From the NCBI GenBank assembly GCA_964394855.1, contig CAYMZD010000001.1:120107-184106 (forward strand): DNA of 64,000 bases, in the 5' to 3' direction. Source of the DNA: an uncultured Gammaproteobacteria bacterium (GTDB lineage: Bacteria > Patescibacteriota > Microgenomatia > Daviesbacterales > UBA10151). Positions 47,249 to 56,328 of the stretch are shown here, piece by piece. Each line of letters begins with the position of its first letter. The first letter of the stretch is position 1. A program made the position numbers and the translations under genes. The notes under the pieces were generated by a model. That model ran no database searches. It was given only the letters and a program-made list of their open reading frames with translations, and had not been told where the DNA came from.

Positions 47249-48490
47249 CTATAATTTTAACATATCTAACAATTCTTTTAAAGTCAAAAATTGGGTTTGC
47301 TTTTCAGATCTTTTTTTAATTTCCAGTTTACTTTGCTCCTCGAAGCCTTGGCGAAGTGGGGTCGTCTTTTTAGATATCACCACCCGATATGGAATTCCAA
47401 TTAAATCGCTATCTGCAAATTTTTCCCCGGCGCTAACCTGCCTATCATCAAACAAAACCTCCATCCCTTCGGCCTGCAATAATTTATATTCTCTTTCCCC
47501 CAATCCATCAAGCCCAACCAGATGCACCTGAAATGGTGCCACTGCCTCCGGCCAAATAATCCCTTTCTCATCATGATAAATCTCTACAAGCGCACCCATG
47601 GTCCGGGAAATTCCCAAACCATAACATCCAGCCGATACAATCTTTTTTTCACCATCTTTATCGGTAAACTTTAAGTCAAAAACCTCGGCATAAGCCCGTT
47701 TTAAAGGAAAGATATTTCCTACCTCAATGGCTTTTTCCATCTTTAAACTCCCTCCACAGTCCAAACACTTTTTATCCTCCACAATTTCCCGATTGGTGGT
47801 ACTGCCACACTCCTTGCATACCAAAACAATATCTTCACCCGAGGGAGTGAGAGTTTGAAATTCCTCTGATAAATCGGAAAATGTTCCTCCACTGGCTTTC
47901 GTCTTAACCACAGGTAGTTCTATACGTTTAAAAATTTTAAAGTAGGCTTCCCTCACCTTTTGGTAGTATTCATCTCGATCCTCATCGCTAGTATGAAAAC
48001 TATAAAGGTCCTTCATTAAAAATTCCCTGCCTCGCAGTATGCCGGCTTTGGCCCGCGGTTCATTTCTAAATTTCATCTGTATTTGATAAAGATAAAGCGG
48101 TAAATCTTTATATGATTGAATGTATTCGGAAAGGAGTGGATAAATTATCTCTTCGTGGGTGGGACCCAAAACTAGATCGGCTCCGGCAGCTCCTTTGAGT
48201 TTAAATAACACATCAAATGAGTTGAACCGACCGGTTTTTTTCCATGGTTCTCCGGGATGAAGCGCCGGCATTAAAACTTCCTGGCCCCCAATGGCATTCA
48301 TTTCCTCACGAACAATATCGGAAATCTTATCCAAGACTTTCCAACCTAAAGGTAAGTATGTATAAACCCCGGCCATTTCCTGATGGATAAAACCTGCCCT
48401 AATGAGTAGTTGATGATTCACCGATACTGTATCACTCGGAGCTTTCCTTAATGTTTTAGGAAAAGTTAAAGAATATTTCATACTTAACAT
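47249..48490 (-). CDS. proS: Prolyl-tRNA synthetase (no editing domain)
   Basis: LGPTHEE, KFRNEPR, REFLMKD.YSF, IEVGNIF, GCYGLG, anticodon-binding domain. Confidence 0.96.
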   Translation of the reverse strand: MLSMKYSLTFPKTLRKAPSDTVSVNHQLLIRAGFIHQEMAGVYTYLPLGWKVLDKISDIVREEMNAIGGQEVLMPALHPGEPWKKTGRFNSFDVLFKLKGAAGADLVLGPTHEEIIYPLLSEYIQSYKDLPLYLYQIQMKFRNEPRAKAGILRGREFLMKDLYSFHTSDEDRDEYYQKVREAYFKIFKRIELPVVKTKASGGTFSDLSEEFQTLTPSGEDIVLVCKECGSTTNREIVEDKKCLDCGGSLKMEKAIEVGNIFPLKRAYAEVFDLKFTDKDGEKKIVSAGCYGLGISRTMGALVEIYHDEKGIIWPEAVAPFQVHLVGLDGLGEREYKLLQAEGMEVLFDDRQVSAGEKFADSDLIGIPYRVVISKKTTPLRQGFEEQSKLEIKKRSEKQTQFLTLKELLDMLKL

Positions 48491-48510
48491 AGTTTAACAC
48501 TAAGGAAGAG

Positions 48511-49647
48511 TTAAGGAAATAATTTGCGGATGTCAGAAAAGGTTACCAACATCATTAAAGTTAGTAAAATTGCCATACCCACCGTATGAACCCATCTTTC
48601 CACATCTTGATGGACTCGTTTTCTGGTAATGGCCTCAATGAGGAGGAAAAATAATCTCCCCCCATCCAGAGCCGGAAAGGGTAAGATATTTAAAACAGCC
48701 AGATTAAGCGAGAGTAGTGCCATAAAATCTAAATAAGAAATGAGTGGATTTTGGCTTTGAGTCAAAATATCATTTACCAAAGAGGTAATCCCCACTGGCC
48801 CGGACACAGAATGAGATAATGGCTCTACGCTTTTAGCTTGAAAAGCTTGGCCTATTAATCTGCCAAAAATTTTGCCAGAATAAACCACAATATTGGTGGC
48901 ATGGATTGGGCCGGATAATATCTTTTGGGGGAGAGTTTGATATGCTAAATTGGCCAGCTGAAATTGAGCCAAACTTATCCCCAGCGGACCTTCTCCTTCC
49001 GGAGGATTTACTCTGGGAGTTACCACCACCATCCTAAATTTGGTTTTATCAGCATCAGATAGGGTCAGTTCCGTTTTTTCCGCGGACAAAGATTTGGTTT
49101 TATCTATTAAATCTTGAGCTGATTTGATAAATTCATTGTTTATGGCTATAACTCTTTCCCCATCTTTAATGCCTGCTATATCTGCGGGAGAGTTTTTGTT
49201 GATGCCTCGGACAATTACCACTACTTCATTTTGCTGATTTACTCCCCAAAAATTGTGTTCTAATAAAAGCGGCAGTTCTGTCTTAAAACCTCTAGCAAAA
49301 AGGGTGGCATAAAGTAATATCCAAGCCAAAATGAGGTTCATCACCACTCCAGCTACCACCACAGTGATTCTTTTTCCCACTGTTTGGGAAGCAAAAGAGC
49401 GCTTACTTTCTAAAACCTGCCGATCCGTTTCATCCTCTCCCAGCAGTTTGACAAACCCCCCAAAAGGTAACCAGTTTAGGGAAACCAAAGTTTCTCCTAT
49501 TTTTTTGCCCCAAGCACGAGGCGGTATGCCAAAACCAAATTCCTCCACCTTAATTCCAAACTTTTTAGCCAAGAGAAAATGTCCCAGCTCGTGGATAACT
49601 ACTAAAAATAAAAGGGTTAGTATAAATATTATAACGGTTATAATCAT
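48511..49647 (-). CDS. rseP: Site-2 protease RseP (M50)
   Basis: HELGH, PDZ, NILPFPALDGG. Confidence 0.94.
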   Translation of the reverse strand: MIITVIIFILTLLFLVVIHELGHFLLAKKFGIKVEEFGFGIPPRAWGKKIGETLVSLNWLPFGGFVKLLGEDETDRQVLESKRSFASQTVGKRITVVVAGVVMNLILAWILLYATLFARGFKTELPLLLEHNFWGVNQQNEVVVIVRGINKNSPADIAGIKDGERVIAINNEFIKSAQDLIDKTKSLSAEKTELTLSDADKTKFRMVVVTPRVNPPEGEGPLGISLAQFQLANLAYQTLPQKILSGPIHATNIVVYSGKIFGRLIGQAFQAKSVEPLSHSVSGPVGITSLVNDILTQSQNPLISYLDFMALLSLNLAVLNILPFPALDGGRLFFLLIEAITRKRVHQDVERWVHTVGMAILLTLMMLVTFSDIRKLFP

Positions 49648-49655
49648 TATAAAAA

Positions 49656-50210
49656 TTATATTTCTGTTAATTCTTCTTCTTTTGCCTTACCCAAACTATC
49701 TATTTCTTCCATATTTTTATCTATCAACTCCTGCAATAGCCTTTCCCTTCTAAAGAGTTCGTCTTCTCCAATTTCATCTCCCTCTTTTTGCCTTTCCCAA
49801 TTTTGCCTTGTATCTTGTCTTACTTGCCTTACTTGTACTCTTGCCTCCTCTTGTTTTTGGTGTACCACCTTCACAAACTCCTGCCTTCTTTCTTCTGTCA
49901 GGGGTGGAATGGGTAAACGGATTAAATTCCCTTCACCAGCGGGGTTTAACCCCAAGTTCGCTCCCTGGATGGCTTTAACTACATTATCTATAATAGACGC
50001 GTCCCACACTTGCACTGTTAAAAGTGAGGGTTGGGGAGCGCTAATAGTTCCTACTTCCACCAGTTTCATTTTTCCGCCGTATACATCAACTGGAATATTT
50101 TCCACCAAAGCGGGATTGGCCCGACCGGCCCGGATGGATGAAAGCTCCGTTTTGAAATGGTTTAAGGCGGTTTCTATTTTTTGATTTGGTTCAGTTAGAG
50201 TTGGATCCAT
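49656..50210 (-). CDS. frr: Ribosome recycling factor
   Basis: IRAGRANP, PPLTEERR. Confidence 0.96.
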   Translation of the reverse strand: MDPTLTEPNQKIETALNHFKTELSSIRAGRANPALVENIPVDVYGGKMKLVEVGTISAPQPSLLTVQVWDASIIDNVVKAIQGANLGLNPAGEGNLIRLPIPPLTEERRQEFVKVVHQKQEEARVQVRQVRQDTRQNWERQKEGDEIGEDELFRRERLLQELIDKNMEEIDSLGKAKEEELTEI

Positions 50211-50235
50211 CCTTCGACTCCGCTCGGGACAAGTT
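50209..50235. repeat. Dispersed short repeat (CCTTCGAC...GGACAAG family)
   Basis: ATCCTTCGACTCCGCTCGGGACAAGTT; near-copy at 56279-56306. Confidence 0.75.
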
Positions 50236-50683
50236 ACCCTCCCAAGGCGATTCTTTCAAATCTTCCTATTTGAATATTTTCTCCCAGTTTTGCCACCACA
50301 GATTTTATCAAATTTTCCACACTCATTCCTTGATCCCTGATGTATTCTTGTTCCAGTAACTCTTCTACTGAAGATGGGTTCATGGAGGCCACTTGCAGGG
50401 AAATTTCATGAGCCAAATTTTTAAATTCTGCTGTTTTGGCCACAAAATCGGTTTCACAAAGAAGTTCTACCAAAACCCCTACTTTACCGCCATGGGAATA
50501 AACCTCTACTAACCCTGCCTTGACTTCCCTCTCGCTTTTTAAAGATGCCTTATCCAATCCTTTTTTCTTTAAAATTTCTTTAGCTTTTTCCATATCACCC
50601 TTTGCCTCTTCTAGAGCTGCCCTGCAATCGGCAATACCTGCCCCCGAATCTTGCCTTAGTTTCTTAATGTCTAGTAAGCTCAT
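50234..50683 (-). CDS. tsf: Elongation factor Ts (short form)
   Basis: IKKLR..SGAG..DC..AL, ELLCETDFVA, GENI.I.RF. Confidence 0.95.
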   Translation of the reverse strand: MSLLDIKKLRQDSGAGIADCRAALEEAKGDMEKAKEILKKKGLDKASLKSEREVKAGLVEVYSHGGKVGVLVELLCETDFVAKTAEFKNLAHEISLQVASMNPSSVEELLEQEYIRDQGMSVENLIKSVVAKLGENIQIGRFERIALGG

Positions 50684-50690
50684 GTGTTGA

Positions 50691-51530
50691 TTATTCTACC
50701 ACCCTTTCTGCTTCTCTAACTTCTTCTTTTTCTACTATTTCTTCTACAGCAGCTACATCTTCAGCCATCTCCTTGGGAACCTCCTCTTCTTCTTTTTTGG
50801 CTTCATCTTTTAACCTTTTCTTCTCAACTTTTTCCGCCTCTTTACCAGCTAATTTCTGTCCCTCTTCATATGCTAGCGCTATAGTTTCTAGTATTATTTT
50901 AATAGATTTGATGGCATCATCGTTACCAGGAATTGGATAATCCATTAAACTGGGGTCGCAGTTGCTATCAGCAATGGCCACCACCATTACTCCTTTTCTT
51001 TGTGCTTCTTTTAAGGAAGTTACATCCCTGGCTCCATCCACTACAAATATAGCATCAGGTGTTTTTTCCAAATCCAAAACTCCGCCGTAATCTTGTGTCA
51101 GTTTTTGAATCGTTCGAGAAATTAACAGTTGCTCTTTTTTGGTATATTTGGCCAGCTCGCCTCGCTCTTTAGCTTCTGTCAGCTCTTTTAGTCTTTTGAT
51201 ATTTTTGGCAATCTCTTCAAAATTAGTTAAAAAACCTCCAATCCAGCGAGAAGTTAAATACGGTGCACCTAATTTTTGGGCCAGTTCTTTTGTTGGTTCC
51301 TGGGCTTGTTTTTTGGTACCTACAAAAAGTAAAGTTCCACCCCGTCTTCCCAAATCCCTCACATACTCACATGCTTCTCTTAAATATCTTTCCGATAAAG
51401 TCAAATCAATAATAGCCACCCCATCTCTGGCTCCATAAATAAAAGGTTTCATCCGGGGATGGCCACGGGAAACTTTGTGTCCAAAATGAACACCAGCTTC
51501 AAGTAATTGCTGCGGGCTTGGAATTTGCAT
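50691..51530 (-). CDS. rpsB: 30S ribosomal protein S2
   Basis: LLEAGVHFGH, FVGTKKQ, RWIGG.LTN, IPGNDDA. Confidence 0.97.
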   Translation of the reverse strand: MQIPSPQQLLEAGVHFGHKVSRGHPRMKPFIYGARDGVAIIDLTLSERYLREACEYVRDLGRRGGTLLFVGTKKQAQEPTKELAQKLGAPYLTSRWIGGFLTNFEEIAKNIKRLKELTEAKERGELAKYTKKEQLLISRTIQKLTQDYGGVLDLEKTPDAIFVVDGARDVTSLKEAQRKGVMVVAIADSNCDPSLMDYPIPGNDDAIKSIKIILETIALAYEEGQKLAGKEAEKVEKKRLKDEAKKEEEEVPKEMAEDVAAVEEIVEKEEVREAERVVE

Positions 51531-51595
51531 AGTCTCTTTTTTCCTCCTCACAAGTTATGGTATCAGAGACTTTACCTCTTGCGAGTGTGTAATGG
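51531..51595 (-). promoter_or_regulatory. Putative rpsB (S2) leader RNA
   Basis: Minus strand ACACAC...AGTCTCT/AGAGACT pairing around GAGGAGG directly before the start. Confidence 0.4.
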
Positions 51596-51624
51596 TGATA
51601 TTTTAAAGCTTTATGTTTTGAAAG

Positions 51625-51840
51625 TCAACGCCTGCCATCTCTAGGGAACCTGGGCATGTCTCTTTTGATAATATGGGCCTGTTCAACTGTTAATGGTAAT
51701 GGTACTACCACCAATCTTCTGGGTGAATAAACCATTGTATCTGGTAATCTTCCAGCTAACCGATTGACTCCTTTCCAGAACTTACTTCTTTCTTTATGCC
51801 CACCCTTATTACTGTAATGATCTCTTAATGTTTCTGTCAT
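51625..51840 (-). CDS. Small basic hypothetical protein
   Basis: 71-aa ORF in operon orientation. Confidence 0.4.
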   Translation of the reverse strand: MTETLRDHYSNKGGHKERSKFWKGVNRLAGRLPDTMVYSPRRLVVVPLPLTVEQAHIIKRDMPRFPRDGRR

Positions 51841-51909
51841 TTTAATAAAAACTGCCCTTTTTAAAAAAGCAGTTACTTTTGTTTTACAAAATTTTTATGG
51901 ATTAGTCAA

Positions 51910-53706
51910 TTAGGAAAATCGTTCCTCGATTTCCGCTAATTTTCTCTGTATCCGCTTCATCGCTTCCATTCTTTCTAAGTTTTGACGCCTGTTAGTCATG
52001 TCCACAAACTGTTCACTACCTTGTTGAAGTGAGGCTAGAAATGGATAAATCTTTTGTGCCTGAATGGCCATATCTTGAGCCACAGTCCTATAACTAAAGT
52101 GGCCTTGGGGAATACTACGAAGTTCTGTCACCCAAATCCCCTCCCTTAAATCCATCCCCATATACCAACGCATATAATTAGCTAGGGTTGTTAAATATTG
52201 GGCTTCTTCGGAAAAATCTGGAGCCACCATATTATAAGCATACCCCATTTTTCCCATAGTTTCTGCAAATTCTCTTTCCAGCTTAATTGCCTCAAATTCA
52301 ACCGGCATATCATATCCAAACTCTGTGGTGTAGGCTTGTCTTTGTTGAGTAAGCATTCGCTGACGCTGCAAGTCTCGATAAATTCCAAAGTTTCCTAAAA
52401 TATCAAATACCAGCTCATATCCGGAGATTTCAAAGGCGCGGGGTGGTTTGTGACGACGATTAGTGCGCAGTCTTAAACTATCATGCAAGATATCTCCCAC
52501 TATACTTGGATCTGCCCCCCTCAATATATCAATTAATTGCCTTAAGGGTAAACGTGCATACGGATAAAGTAATCCTGCTGCAATATTAATTTCTGGATTT
52601 GGATCCATTTTGACTAATTCAACCCTGCTCGACTCATCCGGTTTTATCCCAGTTAAAAGTTCTTTTGCTCTTCGCTGCAGTGCAGCTTCAGTTTGCCTTA
52701 AATAGGTTTGATAAGCTTCACCTTTATCATTATCAATCACCTCAAAAAATTCTGGTAAAACTTTTTTTAACTGTACAGTTGCCCCACTAGCAATCATCTG
52801 CATTTCAGCCAATGGATGAGCCATCATCTTGGTCATTAAATAACCAAAGGCCCTGGCATTACCTGATTCTCCAATATTCGTCAGGGTGGAGGCTGGCAAA
52901 AGAACCCTTGCCACATCACAAGCTTTGGCACGAATTGATTGCCTATAAGCTGTTCTTGCAGCCCTAATTGAACGTTCATCCTTTAGATCTCCAAAAGGAA
53001 TTTGTGGTTTTTCTTCCAAATCCGATGATAAATCTGAAAATGATTGTGACTCAATAGGTATTTGCTTCTGGAAATAATTCTGCAGGGCGGCAAAACTTCT
53101 AGCGTACACTTCAAAACAAGCTCTGGAAGATTCAAGGTAAAGTTCTCTGTAGTCTGAATCCATTATCCTGGGATCTTTAAAAAAAGCATAATCTCCATCA
53201 GGACCTTTTTGGTCAAAAGCTACAAACCTGGTTGATTTCTCAATTGGCGAAATACCTATTCTAGCATCTTCAATTACTTTAGCTGCGGGTTGAGAAACTC
53301 TATTTAGAAACAGTTTTACTCCACCCATTTCATAAACCGAATCATCCCCGTATTGATTAAGCACTCTCTCTGCCATACTCCTTGCTCTACGATAGTCGAA
53401 TATCACTCTTAAAGCTTCCATTCCTCCATCAATGACCTCCCAGGGAATATCTTTTTTATGAGCCACAAATTCCCGCCAGATCAGTTGCCGGGCAGATAAA
53501 TCTGTTCTTGAATATCTTGCTATAATTAAGGCTGCATAAAGTTCTGGTACATATGGAGTAAACGCATAAAAAGGTCCGTCTGGATCAGTCACAAAATGCT
53601 CAATAGCTACTCTGGCAGCAGTTTCTTCCTCTGGATCTCCGGAAAAACTTAATTGTTCTTTGATTGGAGGATTATAAAATTTGGCTCTTTCTACGAGTTC
53701 GTTCAT
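51910..53706 (-). CDS. thyX: Flavin-dependent thymidylate synthase, tandem-domain type
   Basis: ARYSR, YGDDSV.E, EKSTR, ARVLLP; second domain YRDLQRQR, ELRS.PQGHFSYR; start MNELVER. Confidence 0.88.
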   Translation of the reverse strand: MNELVERAKFYNPPIKEQLSFSGDPEEETAARVAIEHFVTDPDGPFYAFTPYVPELYAALIIARYSRTDLSARQLIWREFVAHKKDIPWEVIDGGMEALRVIFDYRRARSMAERVLNQYGDDSVYEMGGVKLFLNRVSQPAAKVIEDARIGISPIEKSTRFVAFDQKGPDGDYAFFKDPRIMDSDYRELYLESSRACFEVYARSFAALQNYFQKQIPIESQSFSDLSSDLEEKPQIPFGDLKDERSIRAARTAYRQSIRAKACDVARVLLPASTLTNIGESGNARAFGYLMTKMMAHPLAEMQMIASGATVQLKKVLPEFFEVIDNDKGEAYQTYLRQTEAALQRRAKELLTGIKPDESSRVELVKMDPNPEINIAAGLLYPYARLPLRQLIDILRGADPSIVGDILHDSLRLRTNRRHKPPRAFEISGYELVFDILGNFGIYRDLQRQRMLTQQRQAYTTEFGYDMPVEFEAIKLEREFAETMGKMGYAYNMVAPDFSEEAQYLTTLANYMRWYMGMDLREGIWVTELRSIPQGHFSYRTVAQDMAIQAQKIYPFLASLQQGSEQFVDMTNRRQNLERMEAMKRIQRKLAEIEERFS

Positions 53707-53708
53707 TT

Positions 53709-54365
53709 TTATTCTTTTCCCTTTAAAATAAGGTTGGGCTTTATCAAGGTAACAATTTTTTGATGTATTTCTTCCGGTGTTAAAGTTCCATCCAATAAAG
53801 CTACTGTCCAAGCATGATCCTCTTTATATTTTAAATATCCCTCTCTGACCTTTATGGCAAATTCTAAACCTTGTTCTTCATAAATAAGATCTTGCCCAAC
53901 ATTATCAACATTTCCTCTCCTTCTAAAACTTTCCTCTGCCGGAATATCTAAAATTACCAGCAGATCCAGCCTACAACCACTTAGGGTAACAACTTTCTGG
54001 CCTAAAACTTTCAAGAATTCTGCATCTACACCCTGAACATATCCTTGATAGACCCAAGTTGATGGTTCAAAACGATCAGTTATAACAGTAATTCCCGCTT
54101 CCAAATTTGGTTTAACCACTTGACTAAGAAATTCTTGTCTGGCTGCATAAAAAAGGAGTGCTTGAGTATCCGGACTCATTATTTCCTCTCTTGGTTTTAA
54201 AAGCACTTGCCTAATTTCTTCCCCCACCTCTGTACCACCGGGTTCTCTGGTCTGGATCACTTCGAGGCCCCTACCTTCCAGATATTGAGCCAATAACCCT
54301 GCCTGGGTAGTTTTCCCACAATTGTCAATCCCTTCTAAAACAACGAATAATCCTTTTTCAACCAT
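53709..54365 (-). CDS. tmk: Thymidylate kinase
   Basis: EGIDNCGKTTQ, REPGGT, TDRF, YQG. Confidence 0.95.
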   Translation of the reverse strand: MVEKGLFVVLEGIDNCGKTTQAGLLAQYLEGRGLEVIQTREPGGTEVGEEIRQVLLKPREEIMSPDTQALLFYAARQEFLSQVVKPNLEAGITVITDRFEPSTWVYQGYVQGVDAEFLKVLGQKVVTLSGCRLDLLVILDIPAEESFRRRGNVDNVGQDLIYEEQGLEFAIKVREGYLKYKEDHAWTVALLDGTLTPEEIHQKIVTLIKPNLILKGKE

Positions 54366-55194
54366 TTAAGAACTCCTTTATAAAAACTTCTGTCCAAGAC
54401 TCAACTGAAATCATTGGATCTGCCATATACTTTTCCAGTGTTGCTAGTGTATCTTTAAACGGAATCCACCAGACAGTTCTCACCTCTCTTAAAGCAAATC
54501 TTAATTCAGTGATAGAAGAAGGGTCAAGTTCAATCATCACTGGTAGACCAAGATGAACCCAACCTACTTGGACTTTATCAGCAGGATTGGTGACTCTATT
54601 ATCTAAAAAGGCTCCCGAAAGCCTTACTCCTTTAATATCATGGGGCTTAATCCCTAACTCTTCTTCTACTTCTGCGAATAAACCTCTGGATGGTCCTAGC
54701 GCGCGCTCCAAGAATCTTTGTAAACCGGGAACTAGTGGTGAAAGCATCAGCTGTTCTGGTGGAGTTAAATGAATATCTTCTTCTGTTTTATGTCCTCCAA
54801 AACCAATGGAGTATTTTCCCAGCAATCTTTCGTCTCCCAAAAGTTCTGGTGGAATAGTAGCAGTAGTTTGACTACCAGCTCTTTGATACCAAAGCAGTCT
54901 ATCATTAGCTAAAATGGCGGCATAAAAAATGACCTGTTTTTTGGTGGGATCTTCTTCTAAAAAAGAACGCTGTCCCACCTCTCCATAATCTGCAATAGCC
55001 GTTAAAACCGGTGTGACATCTTTTGCCACCAAAATATCTGGTAAAACAGTGGCTGGTTGAAATTGACAGCTTTCCAATCTCTCGGCCGGAACAAAGAGTG
55101 CAGTTCTACTTGATCTAGGCTTATTTTTTCCAGGAGAAATAGGATCTGCTCCATCAGGCAGGGGAATTTTAATTACTCCAAATTCTTGTTCCAT
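54358..55194 (-). CDS. Predicted NUDIX-like phosphoesterase
   Basis: R..LEEDP..KQ.I.Y, ERL.GKYSIG.GGH, EVEEELG, VG.VHLG, ESW. Confidence 0.75.
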   Translation of the reverse strand: MEQEFGVIKIPLPDGADPISPGKNKPRSSRTALFVPAERLESCQFQPATVLPDILVAKDVTPVLTAIADYGEVGQRSFLEEDPTKKQVIFYAAILANDRLLWYQRAGSQTTATIPPELLGDERLLGKYSIGFGGHKTEEDIHLTPPEQLMLSPLVPGLQRFLERALGPSRGLFAEVEEELGIKPHDIKGVRLSGAFLDNRVTNPADKVQVGWVHLGLPVMIELDPSSITELRFALREVRTVWWIPFKDTLATLEKYMADPMISVESWTEVFIKEFLNG

Positions 55195-55199
55195 TATTC

Positions 55200-55901
55200 T
55201 TATATTTTTTTTAACCTGGGCAACATATTTTCTGGTCCCCAGCTAGCCTTAACTTCTTCCAAGGTTTTTCCTTGTTGATAACTTCCCTTGACATAATATT
55301 GAGTTGTTTCCTCTGGTGAGACCGCAAAAAAAACGATCTGGGCAATGGGCTGACCCACACAAAGTACTATCCATTCTTGGGAAAGTTTATTATGTATCTC
55401 CATTGTCCAGCGGTTAATAAAACCCACATCACCCCAACCGGCATCACCACACACAGATAAAAATACCCTTCCCCAAGTAGACCGGGCTTGCATGGTGGTA
55501 GTAATTAAATCTTTTCCCCCAATAAATTCTTCAGTATGAGCCAGTATGGTCTCATTTGGTCTAAGTATAATAACCCGATCATCTAAATCAAGCCCATTAA
55601 AATCTTTCTCCACCGCATAATCTTTAAATGGGCCCTCTTCTAGGTGCCACCTAATTGTACTTGCTCGCCATGGTCCATTCCAAAGCTTACGAATATGGTC
55701 TGGGTTAAATGGATTAATTAGGCGGATTCCAGGATGTTCTGCTGGTGTAACCCAGAAATGTTCACCCAGGCCAACATCATAGCTTGAGGTTTGCACTCTT
55801 TCTTGCCTAAAAGGATCAATCACCACCAGTCCAGCCTCTCTGGCCCTTCTAATTCCTTCACCCGATAGAACTGAATGTGGAAATCCCGAAACTGTTTCCA
55901 T
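55200..55901 (-). CDS. dcd: dCTP deaminase
   Basis: SYDV.LG, HTEEFIG, ARSTWGR, GWGDVGF..RWTMEI, IAQIVF. Confidence 0.88.
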   Translation of the reverse strand: METVSGFPHSVLSGEGIRRAREAGLVVIDPFRQERVQTSSYDVGLGEHFWVTPAEHPGIRLINPFNPDHIRKLWNGPWRASTIRWHLEEGPFKDYAVEKDFNGLDLDDRVIILRPNETILAHTEEFIGGKDLITTTMQARSTWGRVFLSVCGDAGWGDVGFINRWTMEIHNKLSQEWIVLCVGQPIAQIVFFAVSPEETTQYYVKGSYQQGKTLEEVKASWGPENMLPRLKKI

Positions 55902-55950
55902 AGATTTTAAATTTATACAACTTATAAAAATTTTTCAAGAGGGCAGATTT

Positions 55951-56265
55951 TTATCTGGCAGAAACTTCCCTGTAGGCTACAGAGTTAGCATAAGTTCTTA
56001 AATCAAAATCCGCCCCTCCAACTAACTTGGTCAATCTTTCCAAATCTGCACCTGAAATTTGTCCCTTCTGGTGGAGCGCTTTAATCTCTGTTATAGTATC
56101 ATGAACCCTTGTTGCCAAATTTCCCACCGTCTCAATTGCTAACATTTCTTCTCTGGTTAATCTGCGCCTGGATATTTCTAACCCATCACCACTCGGTTCC
56201 TCAATAGGACCCAGTCCATTACAATTAATAACTGACCCTCTTCTTTCTGGGGTTACTGGATTCAT
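55951..56265 (-). CDS. Hypothetical protein
   Basis: 104-aa ORF in operon orientation. Confidence 0.5.
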   Translation of the reverse strand: MNPVTPERRGSVINCNGLGPIEEPSGDGLEISRRRLTREEMLAIETVGNLATRVHDTITEIKALHQKGQISGADLERLTKLVGGADFDLRTYANSVAYREVSAR

Positions 56266-56278
56266 TTTAATAAGGGAA

Positions 56279-56306
56279 ATCCTTCGACTGCGCTTAAGGA
56301 CAAGTT
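56279..56306. repeat. Dispersed short repeat (CCTTCGAC...GGACAAG family)
   Basis: ATCCTTCGACTGCGCTTAAGGACAAGTT; near-copy at 50209-50235. Confidence 0.75.
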
Positions 56307-56328
56307 TTTGAGGCCCTCTTTATATTTA

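Noticed and set aside
53707-53811. N-terminal extension of ThyX in the ORF track
   Set aside because: Overlaps tmk in another frame; ATG at 53706 follows the tmk stop
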